A DNA stretch of 58,586 bases, the filler included, from Dugesia japonica (Eukaryota), in the NCBI GenBank assembly GCA_001938525.1. It is 5 parts of 5 records of this genome, joined end to end, with 100 filler letters (N's around TTAATTAATTAA, not from the genome) between each part and the next. Parts side by side here need not be neighbours in the genome. Positions count along the whole stretch, not along the records: positions 34,439 to 44,459 come from MQRL01366769.1; positions 44,560 to 58,586 come from MQRL01576079.1; 3 more parts are not named here. One strand, written 5' to 3'. This document shows, piece by piece, positions 38,716 to 52,302 of this stretch. The number at the start of each line of letters is the position of its first letter. Position 1 is the stretch's first letter. Below the pieces are notes generated by a model, which ran no database searches, was not told the DNA's origin, and saw only the letters and a list, made by a program, of their open reading frames with translations. The translations under genes were made by a program, and so were the position numbers.

Positions 38716-40004
38716 GAAATGCAAATTCATGGTTTTTCTAGATAAGTTCATCACAATAGTTATTATACTAATAAAAATGATAAAATTATAAAATTAGTAA
38801 TAATAAATCTTCATGGTTTTCCAAATAATTTATACTTTGGACCATGATGTAATACTTTTGATAAATTTTGTAAATAATATAATCGTAAAAACAGAGCAAA
38901 TCAAAATAATACTGTAAACAATTTTTGAATCGCTCCTGTTAAATATGTAACTCTTTTATTATTTACTAGCATATTATTTCAAATATGTCTCAACAGTGAA
39001 ATTTATTTATGATTAATTCTTTAATTGATAAAAGAGTAAAGGTTACATTAATTAATATTATAATTTTTATTAATGTTTTATTTAGGAAAGTTTAACTAGT
39101 AATGAAATGACAATGTGGCTTCAATATATATTACATTAGAAAACAAAGTAACATAAATTATTAAATCAATTTTATTGATTACATAACTTTTAGTTGGATA
39201 GAAAACAAGACAAAGCTAATTATTTAAAATGTGGATTCATGAATGACAATAAACCTTCCAATGTAAGGTTAGTTATGTATTTTTTTGTTTTAAATTTTTT
39301 TCTTACGATGTATTAAATTGGAAATATTATTTTTATTCTTAATAATTTTTTATGACATTAAATAAAAATTTTCATTTTTGAATTTTATTGTTATTTTCAT
39401 TGTTACATTAATAAAATCATGCTTTAAAAATACACATTTTTATAAATGTTAATAATATAACATACTGAATATCAAAATTGTAACCTTTTTCTCACGGAAT
39501 ATTTGCTTAGCTTATCTATAAATAAAAATGTTTTTTTATCTTAGAAATAGATATTTTTTGATGCAATTAATCTCTGTTATTGATCAATTGAAAATTTTAA
39601 AGAAAAGTGAAGAGAACATGATTTTATAATTTTAATACCATAATAATAATAATCATAATAATAATCATAATAATAATAATATTAATAATAATAATAATAG
39701 TAATAATAATAACGATGCTAAAAATAGTTTGGATAATAATTAAATTATTGCTTATATTGTCTCATTAGATAGGTTTTAACCATAATTGTTCATGTCAAGA
39801 ACCAAAAATTTTTTTAGATATAAAAAATTATTAAAGTTATTATAGAAACTTTAAGGAAATAAAATTCGCTTAACATCAATTCCGTATTTTATGAATGAAA
39901 TATATAATTTTTTAATCACTTTTTAAATTTATATTATGTAACATTAAGTAACTAAGAAAAATATAGATATAAGAAAACGAAATAATCAATTTTTTGAAGA
40001 AAAT

Positions 40005-41139
40005 GTGGAAAAGGAAAAGAGAAGAAGAATAACAAAAAGTTCTGATAAATATGTTAGAGAAACTGATTTTAAAGGAGCATATGTTAGCCTCCAGTTTAAG
40101 GTAGATCAGTGTGAAATGAAAAGTGTTTATATACCTGATTATATAAAAAATAAGGTGAAGGAAGAAGTCAAGAAATTCCAAACTGTAAAGTTCAATTTGG
40201 AATCCATGCCAAATTCGAAAAGAAAGAAGAGGATGATCAAGAGAAGGAGATTAAGGAATGGTTATGAAAATATAAAGCCATGGAATATTCAGAAGAGTAT
40301 TTACAGAGAATAACGGAAAAAGCAAATGGTACGTATTCCAAATTAAGTAGTGGGTGGAAAATCAAAAGAATACTGGTGCTGAGATTCATTAAGGTGAAAT
40401 TTTCTCCAGTAATTTATCTATCTGGACGATCATATAATTAAAACCCAAAATCATTAGATCGATCAAAAGCTATAGTGAACGTGTACAATACAGATAATAT
40501 GTGTTTCATATACAGCATCTTGGCCGTTTTAAAATAGGATGTTGTTAGGCATTATCGTTGGCGTCCACAAAAATATGAATGTTTCCTAAATAAGTAGATT
40601 TACGATGAACAAAGGATGCCAATGAAGCTCATCAATATTCCAGAGTTTGAAAGGAGAAACAATTTTTCCATTACAGTATTTAAATATAATGATTTGATCG
40701 ATAAAGAAGATGATGCGATTTTGTACAAAATTTACCTGTGGATGTAATTTTCAGATCAAAAAACCGGAATGGACGTAAAGTGAATTTATTGATTTTGGAA
40801 AATGAAAATAACTTTCATTACACAGCTGTGGTAAATGTAGAACGTTTGTTAAATCTATGAGATCGGACTCTAAAATATCAAATTCAAAGTAAATTATGTT
40901 CTAAATATCTTCATGGTTTTCGCTCTCATTCTAAATTTGATCAACATGTAGCTTTGTGTTCCTTAATTATAGAAAAAACAACATTGTATACAATGCAGGA
41001 AGAGAAGAAATTGCGGTTCAAGAATTTGGAAAAAACAATACCACCAACTTTTGTTATTTACGCAGATATTGAAGCGATTCTGAGCCCAGAAGATGATAAT
41101 CGTGTGAAACATGGTCCAATAACCATGAGCTTTTGTTAA
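40005..41139 (+). pseudogene. Polinton/Maverick protein-primed DNA polymerase B, N-terminal part
   Basis: across frameshifts: SSGWKIKRI...GRSY..PKSL..SKAIVNVYNTDNMCFIYSILA; VNLLILENENNFHY; C2H2-like CSK.LHGF......QHVALC; exonuclease I motif FKNLEKTIPPTFVIYADIEAIL. Confidence 0.88.
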
Positions 41140-41359
41140 TTTTTTTGTTGCATTGTTCGAAAAAATGCTAATATTATTCTTTTTCTAGAGAAAATTGTAC
41201 AAAAACACCATATAAACCCTTATTTTGTTTAGTATTACTTGCATTTTTTGAATTTTCCTCGTTAAGTTGCACAAGTATGACTTATGCTCTTTGTTTTAGT
41301 TGCACTCGTGTTGCAATGTCTTTGTTTGACTTGCATTTGTGTTGTACAGATATGGTTCA

Positions 41360-43130
41360 TACCCTTTTTAAACATGTATTTGTGTATGTTTGTATGTATG
41401 TGTGTATGTAAATGGTTCAGTATGTATGAGTGTATATAGATTATTATGCGGGTGTATGGTTTTATTATGTGTGTGTATTGGTTTCATTATGCATGTATTA
41501 GACTTAATATGTTTGTATTTTAACATGTTTATTAGGTTTTCTCAAGTGTAAATACTATAAAATCCCTCAAATGCGATATAGAACACAATATAATACCTTA
41601 TAAAAATATTTAAAAACGTTAAAGAAACCCTTTAATGACTTACATGACAATATAAATTTCTAAGACTATATAAAACCATATAAAACAGTATATGCTACAT
41701 GAATTCCAATAAAATCATATTACATCCTATAGAAACATAATGAATCATTATAAAAACACTATACATGACTATAGGAATCCTTTAGGTATCACATAGAACT
41801 CCTATGAAAACCTATGGAAACCCTGTGAAAAAACAAATAGATACCTCAGAAATCACTAAAATTATATAGCAATTCTTTAGAAGCATTCTAAGACTAATGA
41901 AACACTATAGAAACTCAATGAGAACATATAAAACCCAACAAACGTCTATAAAAGCCATATAAATATCATATAAACTTATAGTAAACTTTTAAAACATTAT
42001 AGAAATAGATGTATAAACCCTCATTAAGGTTCATCGGTTTGCTGTAATTTAGATGATTCAATGGCATTATTTAATATACTGTTATATTTTAGATGTCAAT
42101 AGAGTCTAACAAAAAACCCAATAGAGCTTCATACTCAGTAAACTAATTGAGTCTTATACACAGTAAACCAATGGATATTATACACACAATACAATCTATA
42201 GAGTCACTAGATTCATACATTAAACCCTATAGAGTCATATAATACATAAAAAATACCTAATAGAGTTATATAATATACATGATAAACCCAATAAATTCGT
42301 ATAATACACACATTAAACCCCATGAAGTCAAATAATACACACAATTAACGCAATATAGTGTTATAATACACACATAATATACTCTATATATTCATATAAT
42401 ACACACAATACATGAAATAATGTCATACCATACACCCAAGAATGTCATATAATATACGCAAAATACTCAATAAATTCATTTAAATACACAGAATAAACCT
42501 AATACTTACAAATAAATACACATAATTAACCCAATATAGTCATATAATACAAAACATAAATCCATTAAGACATACAATACACAAAATTAACTAATAAATT
42601 CATTAAATGCACACAAATAACTACATTGAACCAGTTAAAATCTTATACTAAACTCCATATTTATAGTTAAATGCGTATAATAAACCCAAAATAGTCATAT
42701 AATACACATAATATACCCTAAATATTCATATAATACACACAATAAACTCTATATGGTCATATAATATACATAGAAATATCCCCAATAAAGTCACTTTAAT
42801 ACAAATAAATAACTTAATATACTCTTATACATAGAAAACCAATGGGTCTTATACACTAAATACTATAGAGTTATATAATTCACATATTTTACATAATCTA
42901 TGGAAACTAAAGGTACTATTATATATATTTACACAATGAATCCTATAAAGTCAAATAATACATACAATAAACCAAATAGAGTCTGATACACATGAAATTA
43001 ATGGATATTATTTCCAGAAAACCAATAAGTCTTATACACATTATAAACCCAAATTGTTTTTATACACATAAAACCAATGGGTCTTATACATAGAAAACCA
43101 ATGGGTCTTATACACAATATAAACCTAACG
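41360..43130. repeat. long degenerate ~30-bp tandem repeat (ATAAACCCAATAGAGTCATATAATACACAC-like)
   Basis: many diverged units; most regular at 43010-43115 (AAAACCAATGGGTCTTATACA). Confidence 0.7.
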
Positions 43131-43439
43131 GNNNNNNNNNNNNNNNNNNNNNNNNNNNNNNNNNNNNNNNNNNNNNNNNNNNNNNNNNNNNNNNNNNNNN
43201 NNNNNNNNNNNNNNNNNNNNNNNNNNNNNNNNNNNNNNNNNNNNNNNNNNNNNNNNNNNNNNNNNNNNNNNNNNNNNNNNNNNNNNNNNNNNNNNNNNNN
43301 NNNNNNNNNNNNNNNNNNNNNNNNNNNNNNNNNNNNNNNNNNNNNNNNNNNNNNNNNNNNNNNNNNNNNNNNNNNNNNNNNNNNNNNNNNNNNNNNNNNN
43401 NNTGAGAAAATTGACACGATTAAAACAAATAAAAATATT

Positions 43440-44000
43440 CATTGTTTACATTAAAATTTCACACTTTAAGAACATTTTAATTAATAATAATAATTATTAT
43501 TTCATAGAGAAATACTCAATGCGTAACGCTTTAAATTTTTCATGAACTCATAGTTGAAGTGTGATAGTTCCCATGCTAATAAAAAATATACACGCAAATA
43601 TGTAAAAATTCACTTATACATTTAAATAATAATTAATACGTGAAGTTTTACACGCCATTAAAAAATTATTATTATTAATAAGGTATGAAAATTGACGCTA
43701 AAGATGTGAAAATTTACACCTATAAAAATATTTGAATAATATTTATAATAATAATATTAATTTCATATGGATAAAATAATATTTGAGGCTCATCATTTTT
43801 TCATGAAAGTTCACGCCAAAGATGTGAAAATTTACAGTTTACATTAAGGTGTGAAAGTTCAAACTTTTAAAAAAAAGTACAAATAAATAACAAAAATGAT
43901 ATGTTTTTTAATATTCATACATCAATACAGATGATTAAGGTGTGAAGTTCATGCCAAAAGTGTGAAAATTCATACCCATAAAAAAACATTTTAATAATAA
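43440..44000. repeat. degenerate repeat with GTGAAAATTTACAC / CACGCCAAA motifs
   Basis: motif recurs several times. Confidence 0.55.
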
Positions 44001-44459
44001 TGTTGGGTTTTCACTAATTTAAAAAAAAATATTATTTCTGTAGGTGCACATTCATGAAAACCACAAGAATTTTGCGTCGTGAGTCCCCCTCACGCTCTCG
44101 GTTTGGTTCCGGTGACTCCTTGTTACGGGAGTGCAGTAACCGCCCCTTTGGTTTGGGTCCAGTGGACCAGAGTGTTAGTCTGTCTTTGGAATATATTGTT
44201 TCTATTTATGTGCGATTCATTATAAAAACTTCAGCAACATTTTTTCTCCTCTCTCTTTTTTTTTAAGCCGATATATTTCTTTTTAATAAAAGTTTTATAT
44301 AAAAAATGTGATAATTCATCAAATTTTGAAAACTAGTAAACATATTAATTCAAAATTCATTTTTCAAATCCAAAACATTTATTTGGATGCAATTCTATAA
44401 ACAACTAAAACAATTTAAATCTTTTTGAGGAAAAGAAAATCAAAACAGCTCTTTGTAGG

Positions 44460-44559
44460 NNNNNNNNNNNNNNNNNNNNNNNNNNNNNNNNNNNNNNNNN
44501 NNNTTAATTAATTAANNNNNNNNNNNNNNNNNNNNNNNNNNNNNNNNNNNNNNNNNNNN
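44460..44559. other. artificial contig-join spacer
   Basis: 44 N + TTAATTAATTAA + 44 N. Confidence 0.95.
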
Positions 44560-44894
44560 CCCTTGATTAAGTAATACTTTATTTATTTGTTATATTTATT
44601 ATATCTTTATAGAATTTTGTTATGTATATTGTAGATATTGTATATTGTGTGTGTGTAATTCGCAAAATGTTATCACTAATAATAATATATTGTTTAATAA
44701 TATATATAAATAAAATTATTAAATAAAGACGAATATTACAACTCATTATATTTTAGAGAAAATCTTTTAATTCATTATAATTAATAAAAAAATAAGTTTA
44801 TAATAATAATGCAATATTGTAATAATAATACAATATGTGCATTTATGTTTATATATGTATGTATATTTAATAAAAGTTAATATATTATTTTCAG

Positions 44895-47800
44895 AAAAGA
44901 ACTAGATAAAAGAGCAAAATCAGATATTAATTTCTACGATATAAATAAAGATAATAAAATAACTTGGATTGAAATGCTGCGAACAACATATGGATATAAT
45001 GAAGAATCTGTTGAACGGATACTCCAGTCAAAAGACCCTCTTGATAAAGATAGTTATGAAGTATATTATTATCATTAATTTTAAGCATTATTGAATTATC
45101 ATCGTATATTTTGTTTATATAGATAGCAAATATTAAAATCTAAATTGTACACATATCAGTATTACAGAACATTTCGAGCATTTGAATGTTTATCTCCGAA
45201 ATTCATTTCTCTCTGTATTCTATTTATTTTGGATTTTCGTAAAAAATTCTGAAAATATATACACTCATCAATTTAACTTGAATTTTATCCTCTCTACCAG
45301 GCCGGTTTTTAAAATTCAGAGACCGGATAAATTTTTATTTTCCGATTTTTGCAGATTGTGTAAAATTATTAATTATAATAAATTCTAAAAAAATATTTAG
45401 CATAAATATTTTGATATACAAATGTGACAGTTTACAACATGTCTTTTTCAGATAAAACAATTGTAGTTTCGATTAAAATAATACGCGATAATTAAGCGAC
45501 TTTTAATTTTAATATAATTTATTTTAATGTTCACACTACGCTTCCAACCTTAATTCGGCTTCTCCTCAATTGTACCTATTTGTTCCCACTGTTTGAGCAC
45601 TTTATAAATGATTTCGAAATGGCAAGCTTATTTGCAATGGCTAACGGCTTCATTCGTAACTCATTTAAACGCACTATGGCATCTCGATTTACAGAAACTT
45701 TCATGTATTATATATATATATATATATAGTTTATTTATTCAATAAATCTTCAAACATAAAATGTAAACTTATATCTCAATCTCAAACAATCATAAAAGTA
45801 AAATTCATATGTTTTCGTGTTTCTATTGTTTTTTTTCTATCACTAATTATTTACAAACCTTTTGTTTTGACTATGNNNNNNNNNNNNNNNNNNNNNNNNN
45901 NNNNNNNNNNNNNNNNNNNNNNNNNAAACCCAAAAGAGAAATCGAACTTGTAAATTTAATAAAGATTAACTGATACAAACTGAATTTGAAAAATGTTTAT
46001 GTCTTGTTCCAGAATGTGATGGAATGGCTAGGTGTTCTGTCTGTAGTACAAAGTTTATTGCAAATTCGAATGTAGTAAAAGTTGTGAATTCTTTAAGGAA
46101 AAGAATTGCATATAATCAAAAACTATTTTACTCCGAGTCAGTAATTTTGAAAAGGTAGTAAAATTACTTTAATTCCTTAAATAACTGTAATCAATTGGTA
46201 AAAATCTAAAATTTATAATTACAATGCAATATGAAATTAATTAAATAATCAACAGTAAGATTTATCAAATCCTAACAGATCTAATTAAAGTATTTCATTA
46301 TACATACTAAAAGTACACTAAAATTACAGAATCGATCTCATAAACACAGCTAATACACTAACAACTGATAAGATAACTCACTTTTATTAAAGTATATTTT
46401 CTCGATCATTCAGTTGATGGAAAGGAAACATAATGTGTTGCATCGGGTTACGAACAGCGAATGTGGATCATACGCTTTCAGTTAAAGTTTGTTGTTACTA
46501 AATTCTGGCAAATACAGTTTCTTATATTTTGTTTTGCGTCTTTAAATAGTAACTCGATTTTCTAAAACTATGTACTTCTACTACTCTATGTACCTTTTAC
46601 TACTCCTACAATTCCTGATTCATCATTTTTAACGATTAATTTTAATTCTGCATTTTTTTTATTACAATCCTATTGCATATTAAACTAAATTGAATCTCAC
46701 TCAGCTATTATCAAACCAGATTGCTTGTTTTATTTTAGTCTGATTGAAAATTAAGAATTAACAATCAACCAATCCGATTGTTGCATATCGTGTATCTGTT
46801 GCCTTCTGTGATTAATTGGTTCTTCATATCTTTGTAATTCTGTNCCGTAAATGTTTCTTGGTGTTCTAACTTTGGTATTCAAATTCTCCACAACCGATTG
46901 TATTATAATATTTTAATTTCTGAGTTGTTGCACAATTGCTTCTTATTTTAATTGTGTTTTTGAGCAGATTAAATATTTTAATCATTTCATAATTCATATA
47001 TTTCGGAGTGAAAATAAATTATTTTCTGCTGTTTCTTTTTTATTGTCTATTTTTTCTTGATTAAGCTATTTCAACTGGTGCTTAATTTTTCTTCATTACA
47101 AATTTAGTTGCTGATTTCTGCAGATTTTCCTACTTATTGTAGATTATTTACTAATTTATTACTACCTCATTAATTTTACTTATTAATATTTTGTCACAAG
47201 AATCTTTTAATTAATTGTTTAAGTTTTACCTATAGATTAGAAAATTTTTCTCCTGACTTGCATAGTCTTCATTAGTTTTTTTCTTTTTTTAACGATGTTA
47301 GATTTCCCATTTCGTTTCTTTTTCATCTCATGCTATTCTAATTATTTATTTTCTTCTCAAGCCGATATTTCGTTTAGTATCGATTTATTTTGTGTTTCAT
47401 TTCTTCTTCACATTTTCCATGATCACGGTTTTTTCAGATTTTCTTTTTCTCGTTATTAATTCATATTGCTGCTTACATTTGCCGTTTCTTTCAGACTGTT
47501 CATTCTCAGTACTTTTGTTTTATCGTCTATAATTAGTGGAGTTCCTGTTCAACCCTTTGGTGTTGTTCTGCCTAAATTACTTGTATTCTACTTCAACTTT
47601 GATATTATTAATATTATTATTATTATTAATAATATTAATATTTTAGTTTATAATTGAAGACCGAAACAGATTTAAAGCAGCTGATTCAGATAATGATGGC
47701 TTTTTAACTAACAGCGAATATAAAAGTTTGCTCAATCCATCAGGAAATGAAAAATTAATGAAATTATATATGGATAAGATTATGACTGGATACGATAAAG

Positions 47801-50800
47801 ATAACGATTCTGAAATCAACGAACAAGAATTTAAATTATATTGTATTAAATGAAACTTTATTAATGATAATGTCATAATTTAATTTCCTTAGTTTATCTC
47901 ACTGAAAATTTAACGAGTACTCAGATGACAGAATTTGAAAATATTTTCCGAAAATATGATTTTGATAAGAATAAGAAATTATCAATTGATGAATTGGAAA
48001 AATGGTATGCACCAGGTAATATGAAATTCAATTTCCTATTTATTAATTAATTTTGTCTTTAAAAAATTTCTAAAATATTTATAAAATTGTCAGCAGTGAT
48101 TATTATAGAAAAAGAAAATAAATAAATATGAAGTTTATATTTTCTATCCATTTCAAAGTTTTTCCAAGAGTTGTTTCAGAAAATTAAAATATTTAGTTGT
48201 AACAAAATTTTCCGTGATTTTTTAATAATACTTTAAAACATTTATTTAGAACAATTCTTTCTACAGCAATAATAATTGAATGAAGATTGTCATTGAATTA
48301 CAGTTCATCTTTCTGGTCAATTATCTACATGTTTGACTGTTCTCTTCTTTCAATGAAACAATCAAATGGTCCTCATCAACCGGAGTTGCCAGTATTTTGA
48401 AGGTCAAATATACCATATCGGAACTTGGTGAACCAATCCTCCAGGCTATTACACCTTTTCAGTACACAGCAGAAATATTTGCAAAGCTTCTGTGACTTAG
48501 AGACCTAGATTAAAAGGGAATAAAAGTAGATGTATAAAATGTTGTTTTATCTACTTGGCATTGCATTTCTACAACTCTAAGATTTAAATAAAATTTACTG
48601 ATATATAAAACAATTACTGAGATTTTGTAAACCAGAAAAGGGGATTTCAAATAAATGTTATTTTTCAATAATTATAATAATAATAATAATAANNNNNNNN
48701 NNNNNNNNNNNNNNNNNNNNNNNNNNNNNNNNNNNNNNNNNNTAATGATTTGGTTGAACCAACTATAATTTACAAATAAAAAAAGTAAAATTTGGTCGGA
48801 GGTTCTATTTGTTGATATAATCTGGTCATGGATAGAAATGGATAATCATGGTATCATCAATACACAAAATATATGGTGTTAGTGACTCTGCTGCGGCAAA
48901 AAGAAACGACAATCCGAAAGGCGATTTTAGAACTATGCGTTGATAAGCTTGGATGCCCTAGTGTGTTAAGATTGGATTTTAGTAGAGTGTTCGGGTCTAG
49001 AATCTAGAAAGAATTTGCGGAAGGACTCAGTATTCAAATATTCAGATCAAGACTATATCGTCATAATAAAAACGGGGAAACAGAGAAACAATTCAGAAAG
49101 TGTTACGAGAATGGTTGAACTCTATAATGTATGAGAAAGGCACATCAGATTGAACCAATTTGTTGTCGGAGATGGAGTTCGCGATTAATACGATTAAAGT
49201 GAAATCCACACAGAAGAGACCCATGGAATTGATGTTTGGAACGTGTATTAGCTAGAAGAGATGATACGAGGCGTCGGATTTAGAGAAAGTGTCCATCAGG
49301 TAGGTTAGAAGAAAGCCAATCTCAGATATGTGAATGGTTTTTTGTAAAGGGAATAAGAGGTCATAAGAATCGAGTTGGGACTGTCGGTTCTTATAGGGTA
49401 ATGTCCAAACGACATCAGAGACGATATGTGCTACAGTACGAGAAGGGTAAACTTGGTAAAGATGAAAAATTTCTTCAGGGGTTGAGACTTTAGAGAAAAT
49501 TTTGTACAGGCGATTTTTTGATTCTTCTTAATTTAAAAATAAATTATTGTTTTGTTTTAAAAAAAGTTAAGGTAAGTATAGCTTTTAAAGTTTGTATTTA
49601 ATTTGTATTGGAAATTAATTTGTACTGTAAGATTTTGTTTAATTGATAACTATAAGTTTTTATTGAATTATCGAAAAGATTTGTAATTATTTTAGTACAT
49701 TTGTAACTAGTTTATTATTATTTTATTATAATTATTTTGTTTGTGTAATACTCGTGTGATAATCTACTTTTGATTCTAGTAAGTACTGCGTTGAAATTAA
49801 GAATTAGTTTTCATTTGTTCTTTGAAATCAATCAGTTTTTTTACCCATTTCTTCCGTATTCTTTATTTGTTTACTTTTATTCTATTTCTTTGAATACACT
49901 CTTGACAACTTGGTGTTAAGAAAAATCTAATTTCAAGACTAGATTACATAAAATAATTTAATTTTTTATTCAAGGTTTTATCTTTTTGAAAATAAATTCT
50001 TTTAAAATTTAACATTATTTTCAAGATTTAATATATACCTATTTCTGTTTTCACGCGAATTTTATTTAACGCAATTCAAAAAGAATCATTAAGTTAAATC
50101 AAATGAAATTGCATGAAAACTAAACTCGAATGAAATCAGAATTAGGTGTATATTAATTTTTTTTCCACATGATTTTATCAATTTTTTCACACTTTCTAAA
50201 AAAACTACTTCGTTTTTGTTTATTTTCTATGATTAATTAATATGGCTTCTTCGTTTTTCTTACTTTATTGATTAAGATTTAATTTTGACACTATATTTCC
50301 TTGCGTGTCACTGTTCTTATTATAATATTAATTTAAAAAATTTGTCTATTTTTGTTTTATCATATTATATTTTAACTTGCGATTTTCTTCTTTTTTTGGC
50401 TTTTCTTCTTTTATATTTATATGATTTTAGCTACTGTCTACATTGAAGTATATTTTTATTTATAGGGTTGTCATGTAGTAATCGAGCCCCCATTTTTGTA
50501 TAAATAATAAGTTTCATCAGCAACTACACGTTCTTTCAATTTTAAAGTGTATCGTTTGTGTGCCATGATTCTAAATGAAAGGATAGCAAAAGGCAATAAT
50601 CAATAGTGTCTATCGTAAAATAATAATGGTTCGGTTACTTCTGGGCCATCCTGCATTTAATTATTAAAATTTGTTTTTATTATGCTTGTTCCATTATTAG
50701 AATTTATTGTAAGGTTTTCTTACAAAGTTTTAGGCATATTATTGTTATATCATTTTTATAAATACTCATTTACATGATTTATTTCCTTTTTTTATACTCT

Positions 50801-52238
50801 TTTTTAACTAACTTCTTTGTCAAATATTACTAGCTTGAACTAATTTTATTGGCTTATTTATTTATTTTTTAAAATTCAAATAGCAAACGAAATATTTTAA
50901 ATTTCAACAAAATCAAATAGCGCCTTAAATTGCACATTTCTTTTGAATCAGTTAGCAAAAAATGAATATTTTTAATCGGGTGAGTAATAAATGATTTCGC
51001 TTATTAACCATTGGTCTGTATTTATCAAATAAAATTTTTCTATNNNNNNNNNNNNNNNNNNNNNNNNNNNNNNNNNNNNNNNNNNNNNNNNNNNNNNNNN
51101 NNNNNNNNNNNNNNNNNNNNNNNNNNNNNNNNNNNNNNNNNNNNNNNNNNNNNNNNNNNNNNNNNTATTTATTATAATATTAAAAATATTTAAATTGAAA
51201 ACATTTTTTAGTATTATCCAAAATTATTCAATTATTGGAAATGAACATAAATTTATTTTTTTGCCTCCATACTCACCTCAACTGAATCCAATCTAGGAGT
51301 TTCTTAGTTAATGAAAATCAACAATTTGTACAAATCCAAGCAATATGTAAGGGAATTGGATGATTTTGTGGTAAATGCAGCGATTATGTTTCCAAGCGAA
51401 AATTCAAGAATCTTTATCATTAAATATTATTGTAGTTTAAATTTTTAAACTTTTTTATTTTAAAAGATTTTAAAACATGTAAAAAGTTTTATGTTTATTT
51501 AGTATTTATTAGTACAGTGATGCATAACCCGCGGCCCGCGACCCAAGTCCATGAAAAATATAATGTATTTTTTAAAAGAAATATAATTCTATACAACCAA
51601 TATTTTAGGGATTAACAATTTCCTCCACAATGCTAGCAAGAAGATGACACTTTAACAGTACTAAATTAAATTTTCGAAGTTATATAATATAATTTTGGAT
51701 GCATGGTCCTCGACTTGGAGTTAAACTTATAAAGATGGTCCGCCACTATATTTGTTTGTATTATTATATAAAAACATTATTTATTATAATATATGAACTT
51801 ATTGGGTGAATTATTTGAAATAATTATTAAATTATCTGTGAANNNNNNNATATTATTTTATATATAACTTATTTCTAATTATTTTCAATTTAATTTACAC
51901 TAAAGAAAAATATTGAACTATCTATGAAATTAGAGAAATAACAATTTTGATCTTAGTGTGAGGGTGAGAAATATTGAATTTATACTGCTAACAAATATGA
52001 GACGAATGTATTTTATTTACAAATTTCCTGAAAATAACATAAATTATTCTAAATCTTATTCTAATTTTGTCATTCAGATTTAAAAGTATCGGCAAATTTT
52101 GAAGCAGATTCTCTAATAGTAAAATCGGATAGAAACAATGATCAAATTTTAACTTTCGATGAAGTTCTATCAAAAATAAGTGACTGGAAAGATAGTCAAG
52201 CTACCAGTTACGGAGAACACATTCGAGATGAATTATAA
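44895..52238 (+). CDS. CREC-family (calumenin/reticulocalbin-like) ER EF-hand protein; last four exons 44895-45060, 47647-47842, 47893-48015, 52078-52238
   Basis: EF-hands DINKDNKITWIE, DRNRFKAADSDNDGFLTNSEY..LLNP, DKDNDSEINEQE, DFDKNKKLSIDE..KW, DRNNDQILTFDE; terminal SQATSYGEHIRDEL* (calumenin SQATDFG..HDEF); all splice phases compatible; 5' exons lie outside the contig. Confidence 0.9.
45530..45704 (-). pseudogene. Tc1-like transposase HTH fragment (intronic)
   Basis: MKVSVNRDAIVRLNELRMKPLAIANKLAISKS..YKVLKQWEQIGTIEEKPN*GWKRSV. Confidence 0.65.
48780..49270 (+). pseudogene. highly decayed Gypsy integrase fragment (intronic)
   Basis: LYRHNKNGETEKQFRK resembles PYH..NG..ER.FRT; P.ELMFG motif. 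Confidence 0.5.
51515..51750 (+). mobile_element. hAT/Charlie-type non-autonomous element fragment
   Basis: starts CAGTGATGCATAACCCGCGGCCCGCG, a typical Charlie/MER58-like end. Confidence 0.5.
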
Positions 52239-52302
52239 CAACAACAAAAAAATATTTATTTTATATGACAATATAATTCTAGTAATAAAGAAAGTACCGA
52301 AT

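Noticed and set aside
17570-41139. One continuous ~24-kb Polinton from ATPase to PolB containing calcineurin as cargo
   Set aside because: Two artificial contig joins separate these parts
46400-47600. Minus-strand retroelement-like remnant in the CREC gene intron
   Set aside because: Coding-like composition but no motif I can assign confidently
15613-51193. ORF-track entries made largely of X
   Set aside because: Artefacts of reading through N gaps
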